Positions 25,997 to 38,549 of a stretch of 64,000 bases of DNA are shown here, in pieces. Source of the DNA: Octopus sinensis (Eukaryota); assembly GCF_006345805.1 (NCBI RefSeq), contig NC_043006.1, positions 34,968,001 through 35,032,000 of the forward strand, written 5' to 3'. Each line of letters begins with the position of its first letter. Within the stretch, counting starts at the first letter, position 1. The position numbers and the translations under genes are program-made. The notes under the pieces are model-generated. The model made no database searches. It was not told where the DNA came from and worked only from the letters and a program-made list of their open reading frames with translations.

Positions 25997-27211
25997 GTAT
26001 TTATTTTTAATGCTATCAACGAGGAATAAATCTTGAAGCCTGTCTCCGTTATTATGGTCTTATCACCAAAGTTCTCTCGAGATTGATTGAGGAGATTGAA
26101 ATCAGCTTTCGTGCAGTTGGCTTTGGTCATCGTTGCCACTATACGTCGGCAGGTAGGCGTTGATACCCAGGTTAATGGGTTTAATTCGATTTGGTTTAGG
26201 TACGTGCTATGAAAGATTAACGAATTTACTTACCTGTGTGGGAAGCAGGGTTTTACCATTCCAGAGTCTGTGCGCTGTTTTTATCCTGTTTTGCATTCAA
26301 AGTAACAGTGATTTATGTGTGTTATCAATATTCCTTTACCTGCTTTGAGGAGCACTTTTACATTTGCGCCTGTAATCACATACAGGTACACGTGCAATCT
26401 CTCATTTGCAGGGAAAACGTAATAGCAAAGCCACGATGTATGTGTGTACGCCTCGGTACCAGTGTGTGTGTGTGTGTGTGTGTATGTGTTTATGCTCGTG
26501 TATATGTATTTGCGTGAGTTTGTGTGTGAATGTGTTTGTGTTTGTGCATGTGGGTATTTGTATGTATGCGTCCGTGTTTGTGCGTGTGTGCATATGAATG
26601 TGGGGTGTGTATGTGTGTGTCTCTTTGTTCGTTAATAGCTATTTTGCCTTCATTTATTTTCCCTCGGTCACAATGACCTTTGCAAAACCCTGATTTCTCT
26701 GCATACCTATCACTCGTTAGTCTTATCACTCTGCATCTATTTCGGCAGAGATTCGAAATAGTCAAAAGGTCAGTAGTTAGTGAAGTTACTGAGGGTACGA
26801 TTATGTGGTCACTCAACCTGCTAATGACACCACCCAAATCTCCCTCAAACCACATACAACCGACTTTTACATAGATGAGGCGGCCAACTGGCAGAATCGT
26901 TAACACTCCAACCAAATTGCTCCGCTGCATTTCGTTTGTCTTTAAGTTCTGGGTTCAAATCCAGCCGAGGTCGATGTTGTCTCTCATCCTTTCGGGGTCG
27001 ATAAAATAAGTACCAGTTGAACAAAATTGCTACCCGTATGCCGAAAGTCGAAATCAAAAGAGAAGGGAAAGATGATGTAATTTTACATTGCCTTAAAACA
27101 ACGCAAAGGTCACGGCCGGAATATCTTTCTTCATATGTTCCCTACTTGTACGCAGCCATCCTTTAATAGACTGTGCAGAATACCAACCCATGAATCACCT
27201 ATCGGGGTACC

Positions 27212-27610
27212 CAGGGTTGGATTAACACCTATACAAGCCCTAAGGACTTAAGATAGTTCGGTGTCCCCATTATATGTAATTCAAAATATACAGCATAATA
27301 TTTCATAAAATAAATTTCAATTTTTCAAAATGAAACAAAACTAACAGTAAAATGGAAAGTAATGTTTTATACTCCCACTTTATATCAGAAAAGTTTTCCC
27401 CTTTTTTTGGTTTTTAATTGCAAAGTCCTCACCATGACACCACGAACACTTTGAACTTATATTTTCAATCGTATAAACCTCTTCTAATATTATTTTAGCA
27501 AATTTAAAGTGATTTCTTTTGTGCCGTAAACCATTTACCATTTCTATGGTGTCCCCTTCCTTCTCTTGATGCCCTAAGCACGTGCTTATTTTGATTAATG
27601 GTTATAACCA
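27212..27610 (+). mobile_element. Non-autonomous DNA element (possibly hAT-type); second copy at 61345-62055
   Basis: Colinear similarity to 61345-61465 plus 61790-62055 (ATATGTAATTCAAAATATA, TTTCTTTTGTGCCGTA, TTGATGCCCTAAGCA). Ends resemble CAGGGTTGGATTAAC and GGTTAATCCAGTGCTG. Confidence 0.55.
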
Positions 27611-27675
27611 TAAGTAGATTTTCTTTGTCGTTTTTCTAGAGCGGAGCCCCTGACAGAAATTTCCAAAGATTTGGA

Positions 27676-28085
27676 AGATTCTTTTCTACTCTAGGCACAG
27701 GGCCCGAAATTTTGGGGGTAGGGGGCAAGTCGATTAGATCGACCTCAGTACGCAACTGGTACTTAATTTATCAACCTCGAAAGGATGAAAGGCAAAGTCG
27801 ACCTCGGCGTAACTTGAACACAGAACGTAAAGACAGACGAAATACCTATTTCTTTACTACCCACAAGGGGCTAAACACAGAGAGGACAAACAAGGACAGA
27901 CAAACGGATTAAGTCGATTATATCGACCCCAGTGCGTAACTGGTACTTATTTAATCGACCCCGAAAGGATGAAAGGCAAAGTCGACCTCGGCGGAATTTG
28001 AACTCAGAACGTAGCGGCAGACGAAATACCGCCAAGCATTTCGCCCAGCATGCTAACGTTTCTACCAGCTCCCCACCCCCGCCTT
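27676..28085 (-). mobile_element. SINE family A dimer
   Basis: Same two-monomer structure; junction GTAGTAAAGAAATA|GGTATTTCGTC. Confidence 0.85.
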
Positions 28086-28451
28086 AAAGATTTGGAATAT
28101 TGTCATGACCAGTGTAAACTTCGTGAGTAGTTTACACGCTTCCATGATTCCGAAAATAATTTTTTGAAACTTGTGATAATTGAAAAACAGATCGTTAAAA
28201 GGTTAAACCAAAGAAGAAAACAAAACAAAAATAAAGATAACAATGAAACAAACAAGAATAATTAGAAAGACAACCTTCAAATTTTCTGAATTACCAAATG
28301 TCCTTCTCTTTATGAAACAAAGCCAAACTGTTTGCTGAATCAAAATATTATCGTCTGTCTATTCGACACTAAATATTTCGAACTTAATTTTACTGTTATG
28401 AAACGACAGACTAACCAGGTGTCAAACACTTTAGAACGCTTTTTAAAAAAT

Positions 28452-28836
28452 TGTCTGTGGCGCTCCGTCTGTTACGACGACGAGGATTCCAGTTGATCCG
28501 ATCAACGGAACAGCCTGTTCGTGAAATTAACTTGTAGGTGGCTGAGCACTCCACAGACACATGTATCCTTAACGTACTCGGGGAGATTCAGCGTGACACA
28601 GAGTGTGACAAGACTGGCCCTTTGAAATACAGGTACAACAGAAACAGGAAGAAAGTGTGAGAGAAAAGTTGTGGTGAAAGAGTACAGCAGGGTTCGCCAG
28701 CCCACCCCCTATCGGAGCGTCGTGGAGCTTTAGGTGTTTTCGCTCAATAAACACTCACAATGCCCGGTCTGGGACTCGAAACCGCAATCCTAAGACCGCG
28801 AGTCCGCTGCCCTAACCACTGGGCCATTGCGCCTCC
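28452..28836 (-). mobile_element. SINE family C (clear tRNA-derived head)
   Basis: GGAGGCGCAATGGCCCAGTGGTTAGGGCAGCGGACTCGCGGTC...GGTTTCGAGTCCCAGACC, with A-box TGGCCCAGTGG and a B-box. Confidence 0.85.
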
Positions 28837-29164
28837 ACTAAAATTGATTAAGCTATGTTATGGTGACGATCATTCAGTAAGTGATAATGTATTTCGTGTA
28901 AGGAGCTAAAGAAGTTATTACGCAGTCCAGAAAAAATATTTTTTACATGTTCAGCCATTGGGCTGCAGCCATGCTGCGGCGCCGCTTTTAATGACTTTAG
29001 ACAAATAAATCAACGCTAGAACTTAAGTTTAAGCCTGCTACTTATTCTAGCAGTCTCTTTTGACGAATCGCTGATTTACGGGGACACAGACATGCTAACA
29101 CTGGTTGTCGAACGGTTTGTGAGGGGGTACAAACACAAGACACAAACACACACACACATACACA

Positions 29165-29385
29165 TATATACATAGGTATATATGAATATAGTCAATCCCA
29201 ACAAGAACAAGCAAGAAAACACAACGGCGCGAGGACGTGGAACAAGTACTGTGTGATTGGACGCTCAGGAAAGGAAAGAAAAGAAAGAGCATTTCATGTT
29301 TCGAGCGGAGCTCTTCATCAGAAATATAGAAATGTCACAAGAAGGGAAGACGGAGAAAGAAAATTGCCAAAGATACACATGCGGT
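29165..29385 (-). mobile_element. Hammerhead-like repeat family H3 (degenerate)
   Basis: ATTT-CTGATGA-A-GAGC(TCC)GCTC-GAAA-CAT-G-AAAT at 29325-29291. The cleavage position is G, which is non-permissive. Confidence 0.55.
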
Positions 29386-29394
29386 CACATTATG

Positions 29395-29437
<43 letters not shown>

Positions 29438-29440
29438 TAC

Positions 29441-29488
<48 letters not shown>

Positions 29489-31169
29489 ATATACATACAC
29501 CCACCTGAGACAGACATGAATATGTTTCGGTCTTGTGACTCTATCATTTCAGAACACATTTCACTGACTGTTCAAATGTACAATAATGTCCACTGCTTGG
29601 TAATGAGAGAGACTTCTTCGAGAATACATAACCCAAATACGTAATCCATTTACAAATGCACTGATGATGCAACAATATTGAAACTTCTTCGGAGTCGCCT
29701 TTTTTTATTCGACGAAATATTTCGATATCGATTCATACTCACCATATAACATCATGTGCACACGATATTAACTGTTCTTATTTGATTTCACTCTCTTTGC
29801 ATTTCTGTTTGTTGGCTCACATTTAGAATTGGAATTTCTCTGATGATAATTCAATTCTTTACTCATATTCTAAAACAACACTTGTATGTTTTCACTTTGG
29901 GCCATTCTCGTGAAAGTTAAACCAAGGCAGGTTTTCAAAGATTCGGAGAATGCCCCAAAATGTCACCATTTGCTCTCCATTCTGTCGGCCAGGAGCAACT
30001 ATAAACCTATCAAAAGCATATTCTTTCCAGTTCTTCCGCAGGCAACGACTCAATCACGACGGAATTACCGGCGAAAGGATACTTGTAACATGTAAAAAGA
30101 ATTTCTCGGCAAGAGCACTGGGCAGCACATGTTGGAATGGTTCATTACGATTAAATATCGATACAGGAACGCTTTCTTCCAGCATTACACTATTTGTAAG
30201 ATCGAGAAAATATTTCTTGAAAATGTTGCATCCATTCTTCGTCAAACACTTCATACCGAGTAAATGATAATTCCGACCAAATTGTGTGGTAGCAAACCCA
30301 TTTGCATTTCTTTTAACTTTAAAGGTTAATGTAAATAAGCGCTATGAGGTTTTTTATACTGTTCTGGAGGAATATAGAGAGATTAGCTGTTAAGATTTTC
30401 AGGTGGAAAGGCGGCGAGCTGACAGAACCGTTGCGGCGCCGTTCAAAACAGCGGTATTTCGTCCGTTCCGAGTTCAAATTCCGTTGGGGTCGAATTTGCT
30501 TTTCATCCGTTTGGAGTCGATAACATAAGTAGCATTCTAACTCTGGGATCGATGTAATCGACTTAACTCAATCCTGAATTTTCTGGTCTTGTACCAAAAT
30601 TTGAAATCAATATTTTCAGGCGAAAAATAGTTATTTTACGCTGTGTCACGAACGTCACACCCTTTGGACACTTTTCAAAAACTTCAAAATAAATTCCCAC
30701 ATCGCAATTAATGAATGTTACCTCTGCATACACACAAACACACATGCTCACTCCTTCTCACACACACAGTGTTACATATTACATGTGCCAATGTGCATTG
30801 TAATGTAGTATGTATATATGTATGTGTGTGTATGTATACACACACACCGCTATATATTGCTGCGTATTGTGTATGCTACTGTATTTGTCATACATCATAC
30901 ATATCTCTGTAGATATACGCATGTGTGTGTTTGTGTATGATGAAGATGATTATATTCACACAAAGGCTTACTCCTAGTACACCACCACATAGTGCTACAT
31001 ATATGTGTGTGTGTGTGTATGTTTGTGTGTGTGTGTGTGTGTATGTGTGTGTGTGTGAGTATGTGTATATATATATATATATATATACATACATAAACAT
31101 TTAGACGCATAGAATATTATAGTGTCTGTGTGTTATATATACATTCTTACACACATCACTGTATACTGC

Positions 31170-31355
31170 TATATATATATTTTTCTATTTTCTATTTTCT
31201 CTCCATGTATATTTCTGTGTTGTTTTCTGTTGAAAAGCGTAGGCTCGAAACATAAAAGACTTTCTGACTTCCCGAACGTTAAACCAATACACCTGTTTGT
31301 TCTTTATACGCCAGCCTTCGTCTTTTGTTCTTGCTGTAAATTCTCACTATATATA
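31170..31355 (+). mobile_element. Hammerhead-like repeat family H2, copy 1
   Basis: CTGTTGAAAAGCGTAGGCTCGAAACATAAAAG...CCTTCGTCTTTTG, ending in (TA)n. Homologous to 57380-57610 and 63310-63465. Confidence 0.7.
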
Positions 31356-31417
31356 AATATATTTTGTTTTGAGATTTGGTTTACAAGATACTTTATCTGA
31401 GTTCGTGTTTTGAAGCC

Positions 31418-31494
31418 TATTTTGTTGTGTCTGGGGAGAGTCATTAAATTATAAGACAGCAGAAGAGAATGACTCTCCCAGACACAACAGAATA
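31418..31494. repeat. Collapsed hairpin copy of the 38135-38424 family
   Basis: TATTTTGTTGTGTCTGGGGAGAGTCATT ... AATGACTCTCCCAGACACAACAGAATA. Confidence 0.75.
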
Positions 31495-32317
31495 TATATA
31501 TATATTCGCTTAATACATATGTTAGTAGTCAAATAGGGAAAATGAATCAGTGCAGTTCTTGTATAACTTCAAGACTTACAGCTTAGATATTTCATACATT
31601 TTGGTCGTCACGTACGTCTTGCGAGAATGGATATTTGCTCTGCCTTATTGGTGGCACTCTTCTTTATATATAACCCCCTTTTTTTCAGTGATCCCCCTGC
31701 AATATTATTTCTATATAAAATTGTTTGATATTATGTACAACAGGTGCAGCTATGCTATGCTATGAAGCAGCTCGCTTTGCAAATAGGCGGTCTTGAGTTC
31801 AGTCCCACTATGCTGCACCTTCAGGAAGTAATTTCTACAATGGCGGCATACTGACCAGCACCCCGTGAATGAATAGGGGAGACGAAAACTGTGTGGAGGT
31901 CCGTTCTGTGCGTGTACAAATGTGTGTGTGTGTGTGTGTGTATGGATATGTACAAGAATCTGAAGGTGTGCATTTATTACGCCATATTCAGATGAAGAAT
32001 TTTCATCCCTACTCTTTGCAAAACCGTCTACACTGATGCAAGTTACGAGTGCTGGAGTATCTCCAACTATTCAAGGACATTCTCTCCGATGAAATAACTT
32101 TCCCCAAAAGGCTTTTGTCAAACCTTCTCTATGGGATATAAAACTTTGGCACAACGTGTTCAAAGACATTGAACTTTTCTCGAACTAACAAACATCCATA
32201 ACAATTTCCAGTCACACTGATTGGACAACAAAATTTCCATCACCAATTGACGTCATCATCATATCCTTTAGACCAGTGACATTGTTAAGAAGAGTATGAC
32301 ATTGATTTATTTTCGTT

Positions 32318-32663
32318 ATCTCTCTATATATAAACGGCAAAAAGTCTGTGTGTGTGTCCTTTATACAAATCCACAATTGTTTAGTTAGAGGACTCGCACT
32401 ATCTATGGTTATTTAAAACGGTCAAAGGGTGGTCGTGCATATCTTTACATTTCCCCAGTCACCCAGCAAAGCCATTAAAAATATCAATAGAAGTGACTTT
32501 TTTGTGAATTTTCTATCCAAAACCCAATCAAAATGCCCGAAACTTGATACGCCAATTGAATGCCAGCTAGCTGTATGTGATTGGTCGGAGATTTGGACAG
32601 CACCCGCGTGTATGTGCGCACGCACGCAGCTGTATATGCATGCACTAGCACTATAGTGCTAGT
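32318..32663 (+). mobile_element. Non-autonomous Helitron-like element
   Basis: Starts TCTCTCTATATATAAA and ends in palindrome ACTAGCAC-TATA-GTGCTAGT containing CTAG. Confidence 0.4.
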
Positions 32664-32689
32664 CCTAGATAAAACATTAAGATAACTTA

Positions 32690-32755
32690 TTAGCTATCTA
32701 TCTGGCTAGCTAGCTACCTGCCTAGCTGAGTACCTATCTATCTATCTATCTATCC

Positions 32756-32825
<70 letters not shown>

Positions 32826-32940
32826 ATGTCTGTTTTTCTGTCTGTCTGCCTATCTGTCTGTCTGTCTGCCTGTCTGTTTGTCTGTCCAACTGTCTATTTA
32901 ACTCTTTATCTGTCTGTATGTCTGTCTAAATATATTTCTG

Positions 32941-33038
<98 letters not shown>

Positions 33039-33096
33039 CGACCGTCTATTTAACTCTTTATCTGTCTGTATGTCTGTCTATATATATTTCTGTCTG

Positions 33097-33169
<73 letters not shown>

Positions 33170-33370
33170 AAATCGGTTATCTATCTAGCCACCTGCGCCT
33201 GTCTGTGTGCCTCATTTATATATATATATCTATTAATTGGCATGCCTCTGTCTGTGTGTCTGTCTTTCTACCTATCTGTCTGTCTATCTGTGTATCTATT
33301 TATCTATTTTGTCTATGTGTCTGTCAGTGTGTCCATGTATTTAACATATCTAGCTAGCTCTATATTTATC
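32690..33370. repeat. (TATC)n/(TGTC)n tract with an internal ~150-bp tandem duplication
   Basis: Direct inspection; the block at 32870-33020 recurs at 33020-33170. Confidence 0.95.
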
Positions 33371-34070
33371 TATTGACTGAACTACGTATGTATCTCCCTG
33401 CCATCCACCTATCTTCTTACCCAACAACCTACTTACCGACCTATCTTTCCATCTACTTAACTATTCTATCTGTCAAACACACAAGATTCTTCAAACAAGA
33501 TGCATCGCAACATCTACCAGAAAAATCACTGAGATTTCTGAATTCCGATTTCTTGCCTCGCCTAATGTATTTCAAACCATCCTATTTAATTCCAGTCTTT
33601 GTTTCTTTTAAATATCTCTTCCTTTCACTCGAAGACATGTCATTCATATATCTTAAAGCTTTCTATTGTTAAACGAAAAGATCTTACCGATTGTTATTGG
33701 AATTCACGAAATCTCTTAATCGTTTTAAGTGAATCTTACGAAGAGTTTGCTACAAGCTGCCATTTTGAAAAGATGCAGGATTGTTTCTTAACCGATTTAT
33801 GTGAATCCACGAGGCTTACGGATATTTATGACAAGCACATAACGAGAGAGATGAAAAAAAAACGTAGAGAGACTGAGAGGAGGGGAGAGACAGGTAGATA
33901 GATAAACAGCTTGACATACAAATCGACAAGTTGACGGACAGACACACTGACAAACAGTCATACTTACATGCAGACAGATAGATAGACAGAAGACAGACAG
34001 ACGGGCAGGCAGGCAGGCAGGCAGACAGACAGACAGACAGATAGACAGACAGATAGACAGACAGATAGAC

Positions 34071-34140
<70 letters not shown>

Positions 34141-34214
34141 GACCTACTAGTGCTGTTCAAACAGCACTGCGTATAGCTTTGTTGCTAGTTACTCATTTAA
34201 GTTTAAACTTGTAT

Positions 34215-34740
34215 TTGTTAGCGATTTCGGATCAAGGACCCCCCCCCATCAGACGTTCTGTGCTTTTCTTTTTTATGGTGGTTATACCAGGCGTTGGTGA
34301 AAGGCTCCGGCGGTAATAGATGGATCTCCAGTCGTCAAGTCACTTCCGGCAGTTAAGCCTGGCTGTCCTCTTTTTCGTGAAATGTGCCTCCTTTATTCTG
34401 AGGTTGACTGCATCCGTTTCCTTCGCCAGTATACGTGTGGAGAATTTCCCATCACAACATGTTGGTGGTGTTGGAATACGGTGCTGCGTAGTGGTATGGC
34501 CTTGCGGATATTTTCCTTCACTCTGACGTGAAGTTGTCTCGTCGTTCACCGCGTGAGATTCAAAACATAGCTGGACACTGCTCGTTGACCGTTTTGCTTT
34601 GATAGGGCATTGGTTCAAGCAGCATGTCTCCAGCACGTTGATTGTGTGAGAGATGTAGTGTCTAAGGATGTGGCCTCGTCTCCTGATTCTGACGAGGAAA
34701 CCAGATCTTTTGATGTTGTTCTTTATTTTGTTTTCTATTC
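34215..34740 (-). mobile_element. Penelope-like element 3' fragment: GIY-YIG endonuclease remnant plus degenerate hammerhead
   Basis: Across frameshifts: TTRQLHVRVKENIRK...STVFQHH and RILAKETDAVNLRIKEAHF, typical of the PLE GIY-YIG C-terminus. Followed by CTGATGGGGGGGGGTCCTTGATCCGAAA at 34252-34225. Confidence 0.68.
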
Positions 34741-34815
34741 TTTTTCCATGGTATGGAAAGTTGACATATAACCATTTAGTATTTCTCCAATACTTTCTGT
34801 CTGTCTGTCTTTCTT

Positions 34816-34879
<64 letters not shown>

Positions 34880-35959
34880 TCCTCTTTCTTTCCGTCGTTA
34901 TTTCTGTTGTTGTCGCAGTGATTATTGTTGTTGTTATTGGTGGTGGTGGTGGTGGTGGTGGTGGTCGTGGTGGTCGTGGAGGTGGTGGTAGAGTAGGTGG
35001 TGGAGGTGTTGGTGGAGGTGGTGGTGGAGGTGGTGGTGGTCACTTTGGTTGTTGCTGTGGCTGCCGCTTTTGTTGTTGCTCTCGCTGCTGCTGTTGTTGC
35101 TGATGTTGTTGTTTCTGCGTTTTTTGTTTCAGTTGCTGTCGTTATCGCTGCTGATGTTGTTGTTGTTGTTGTTGCTGATGATGGCCTTATTGTGGTGTCT
35201 TGGTGCCCTTTGCGCTCGTGTGTTTAGACCGTTGCACATTTCCTTTCCGCAGATATTAGATACTATTGGTCGTTAAAAGAACGCCTGGAAAATTGATTCG
35301 GTATTAAAGTAGAATCCTTGTTCCAAGTACAAGGTGAAAACTAAAACATGATGCTTGATATAAGTTAGCGCCCAATCAACGGCTACAATACGGTGGCGGT
35401 TATAACAGTAGGTGCCACGCATGTTGCAGCATCAACCATCTAAGTGTATTTTGTCTACAACTAAATGAAGCAATGCACAGCTGCAATCACAGTCATAACG
35501 GCAAAATTAATATCAATAACAACAGCAATTACTACAGCAAAATTGGTAACAACAACAAGAACAAGAGTATGAAGAACTACAAAAGTAAGCAAAGACAGTC
35601 CAGATGATTACTTCTACTACTGCCCACCACACCGAAGAAAGCCTTTACTAATCAGAGAATTTTCGAAATGACGGCAAAAAAAAAACACATTGATTAATAA
35701 CCACCACCACCACAAACAAGTACCAACAGTAGCACCAATGCAACTAGTATCACCACAAAACAATAACAATATCCTAAAATACAATCAAGCAAAGCACGAG
35801 GAACTCAAAGCATGAGAATCGCAAAAGAAGCGAAAGCGACAACGAAACCAATACTGAAGATCTTTCAGCTCATCATTTCTTCTGATGTTTCAAAGAGCAG
35901 AAGGGATTTACGAAAGAGGTAGTGAGACAACACTACATGTCTTTCTTCATTTATCCTTT

Positions 35960-36305
35960 ACATGTTTCACTCATTAGACTGCAGCTATGCTGCGGTATCA
36001 CCTTTAAGGATTTTAGTCAAACGAATCTTATTTCTTCGTAACCTGGTACTTGTTCTTTCGGTATTTTCTGCCTAACAGCTAAGTCACAACACCAACAGTT
36101 GTCAAGTGGTGATGTGTCACGCACATACGCACAGTTATACGCAACGGGCTTCTTTCAGTTTCCGTCTACCAACTCCACTCACAAGGCATTGGTCGGTCCG
36201 AGACTATAGTGGAAGACACTTACTGAAGGTACCACGCAGTGGGCCTGAACCCGGACTCGTATGGTTGTAAAGCCAACTTCTTCCCACACAGCTATGCCTG
36301 CGCCT
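35960..36305 (-). mobile_element. SINE family B, full length
   Basis: Both halves present in reverse complement around a short (CA)n-type spacer. Confidence 0.8.
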
Positions 36306-37470
36306 AACTCTACCAAAAGCAAACATTTCGAAGAATTCTTGAAGAAATTATTACCATAAGTATATTCATATAAAATATCCTCTTATCATAGATCTCCTTG
36401 TAAATAATACAGACAAAAACATTAAAAAAAAAGACCTCTTTATGGAACTCATTTGAATAACTGAGAAGATCGATGAATCTTACCATTCTCGTAGATCAAC
36501 TTAAATGGCCTCTCCATTTTGGGATTCGCCCACTAAGTGCTCAGACAAGAATGCATAAATTCATATGCGTATATGTTTTGTATCAGTCTCGAAGTACGAT
36601 CATTTTCTCAATGATATGAGATCAGTTAATAACCAAACGGTAGCAATGAGTGAAACCAGGGTTTCGAACAGGTGCATGTTTGTGTACATTTTTGACGACT
36701 ATGAGATACTCATCCGGGAACGAACGAAGGAATCTTAGTTTTGTTTGGAAAACGCTTTGTTCTATGTGCATGGGTGCTATTCTTGCACCATGAAAACCAA
36801 AAGTGAAAGTCGGTAACCGCAGCGGCTTTAAACTAGATTCCATGTATGCACCGATTTGTGTCAGACAGTCAGATTTCGTCAGGTTTCTAGAAAGGTCTCT
36901 TCAATTCTGCTAAAACTGTAAATTACTATTTTACACACCTAGAATTGTGAGCAGGTAAAAGATTGGAGAGAGGACGTCAGTAATATCGGACTGCTTAAAA
37001 CTGTTTGATAAGTATCGATTTTAATATCTGTGAGGTTAATTGCATGTTTTTGAAACCTACATATTTAAACATATCTATAACGTACATACATACATACAAA
37101 ATACATATTCATATACATACATATATACACAAATACATATGCGTGTATGTAGGCATGTAACGATTTGTTTGGAGACACAAGATGACTTCTTAATATATAT
37201 ATATATATATGTATATATATACATATATATATGCGTGTGTGTGTGTGTGTGTATACATATATTTAATATATAAATTAGAGAAAATCCACTATTATGCAAT
37301 TGAAACAGTGATAGACATAAACCAAATCATAAATCATAAATAAAATATATTTTTTAAAACATATAACTAGATCACAAAAAGTACAAAAATGAATAAATAC
37401 ATATATTTATATAGATATATGTAAATATATATATATGTATGTATGTATGCATGTAGATTGTAGATGAGTA

Positions 37471-37510
<40 letters not shown>

Positions 37511-38134
37511 GTGTGTGTGTGTGTGTGTGTGTTGTGTGTTGTGTATACACACATATATATGCGTGTGCTTGTATATGTATGTACACGTTTACGAATATGT
37601 GGCCCTGCGTAGCGTGTTCGTGTGTATGTTCGTGTAGGCGTATGTGCATGTATAGTGTACGTAACCGATTTCGCTTATTTGCATACTGGAAAGAAAACTC
37701 ATAAATCAAAATACTGAACCATTCACCACCATTGATGGCCGTTAAATACATTTGCAACCGAAATCAATTTCGGTTAATTGCAGCAGCAGATTTTTATTTA
37801 TTTATTTATGTATTTACACTAAAGATTTTCCTAAATGTTGCCTCAACTTAATAATCTGATTTGAAAAGAATTGATTGATGAAGCTTTCATTATCGTGATG
37901 AGTTAAAATGACAGCAGGTAGAACTTCATATTAACAAATAACTGATGTCAGTCGAATCAAGTACTTTCGTGAATTTCATACCATTTTAATGAATTAATGA
38001 TTCTTTTAGTAGAGATTTTACCGTGAATATCTCGTGTTTTCATTTATGTTCAAACCTTCTTCAATAAATATTGTTTTATTTCGCTTTTGTATTTGGTTTG
38101 CAAGATTCTTTATGTGAATTTATGTGTTGAAGTA

Positions 38135-38424
38135 TATTTTGTTGTGTGTGGAAAGAGTCATTCTATTTTAATGCCTTATTAATTAAGACACTCACCGGTT
38201 CGATTTCCACTCATTTTTTTTTTTCTAAAATTATCGTGCTTCTTATTTGTTGACTCTGTTCGGACAGAGTCCGGACAGAGTCAACACCTATTGAACAGGT
38301 TGTAAGAAGCAACGAAAATTTTAAGAAAAAAAAATTTGAGTAAATGAGTGGAAATTGGCCCAGTGAGTGTATTAATTAATAAGGCATGAAAAAAGAATAA
38401 CTCTCCCCAGACAGATCAAAATAC
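38135..38424. mobile_element. Foldback element with a palindromic centre
   Basis: Arms GAGAGTCATTCT...ATGCCTTATTAATTAA.ACACTCAC...TTTCCACTCATT occur in both orientations. Centre is TGTTGACTCTG...CAGAGTCAACA. Confidence 0.8.
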
Positions 38425-38549
38425 ATTTTTATTAATATATATTCTTTAACTTGTTTAAGTCATTTGATTCATTTAGACTGCAGCCATGCTGAAGAACTTT
38501 AGCTGAACATATCCACTCTGGTACTTTTTTTAAAATCTTGATACTTATT

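Noticed and set aside
28740-28836. tRNA gene call for the SINE-C head (also 40481-40555)
   Set aside because: It has A/B boxes but no complete acceptor stem or poly-T terminator and runs into the SINE body.
36622-36843. 73-aa minus-strand ORF in unique sequence
   Set aside because: No recognisable motif and an in-frame stop shortly upstream; length is within chance.
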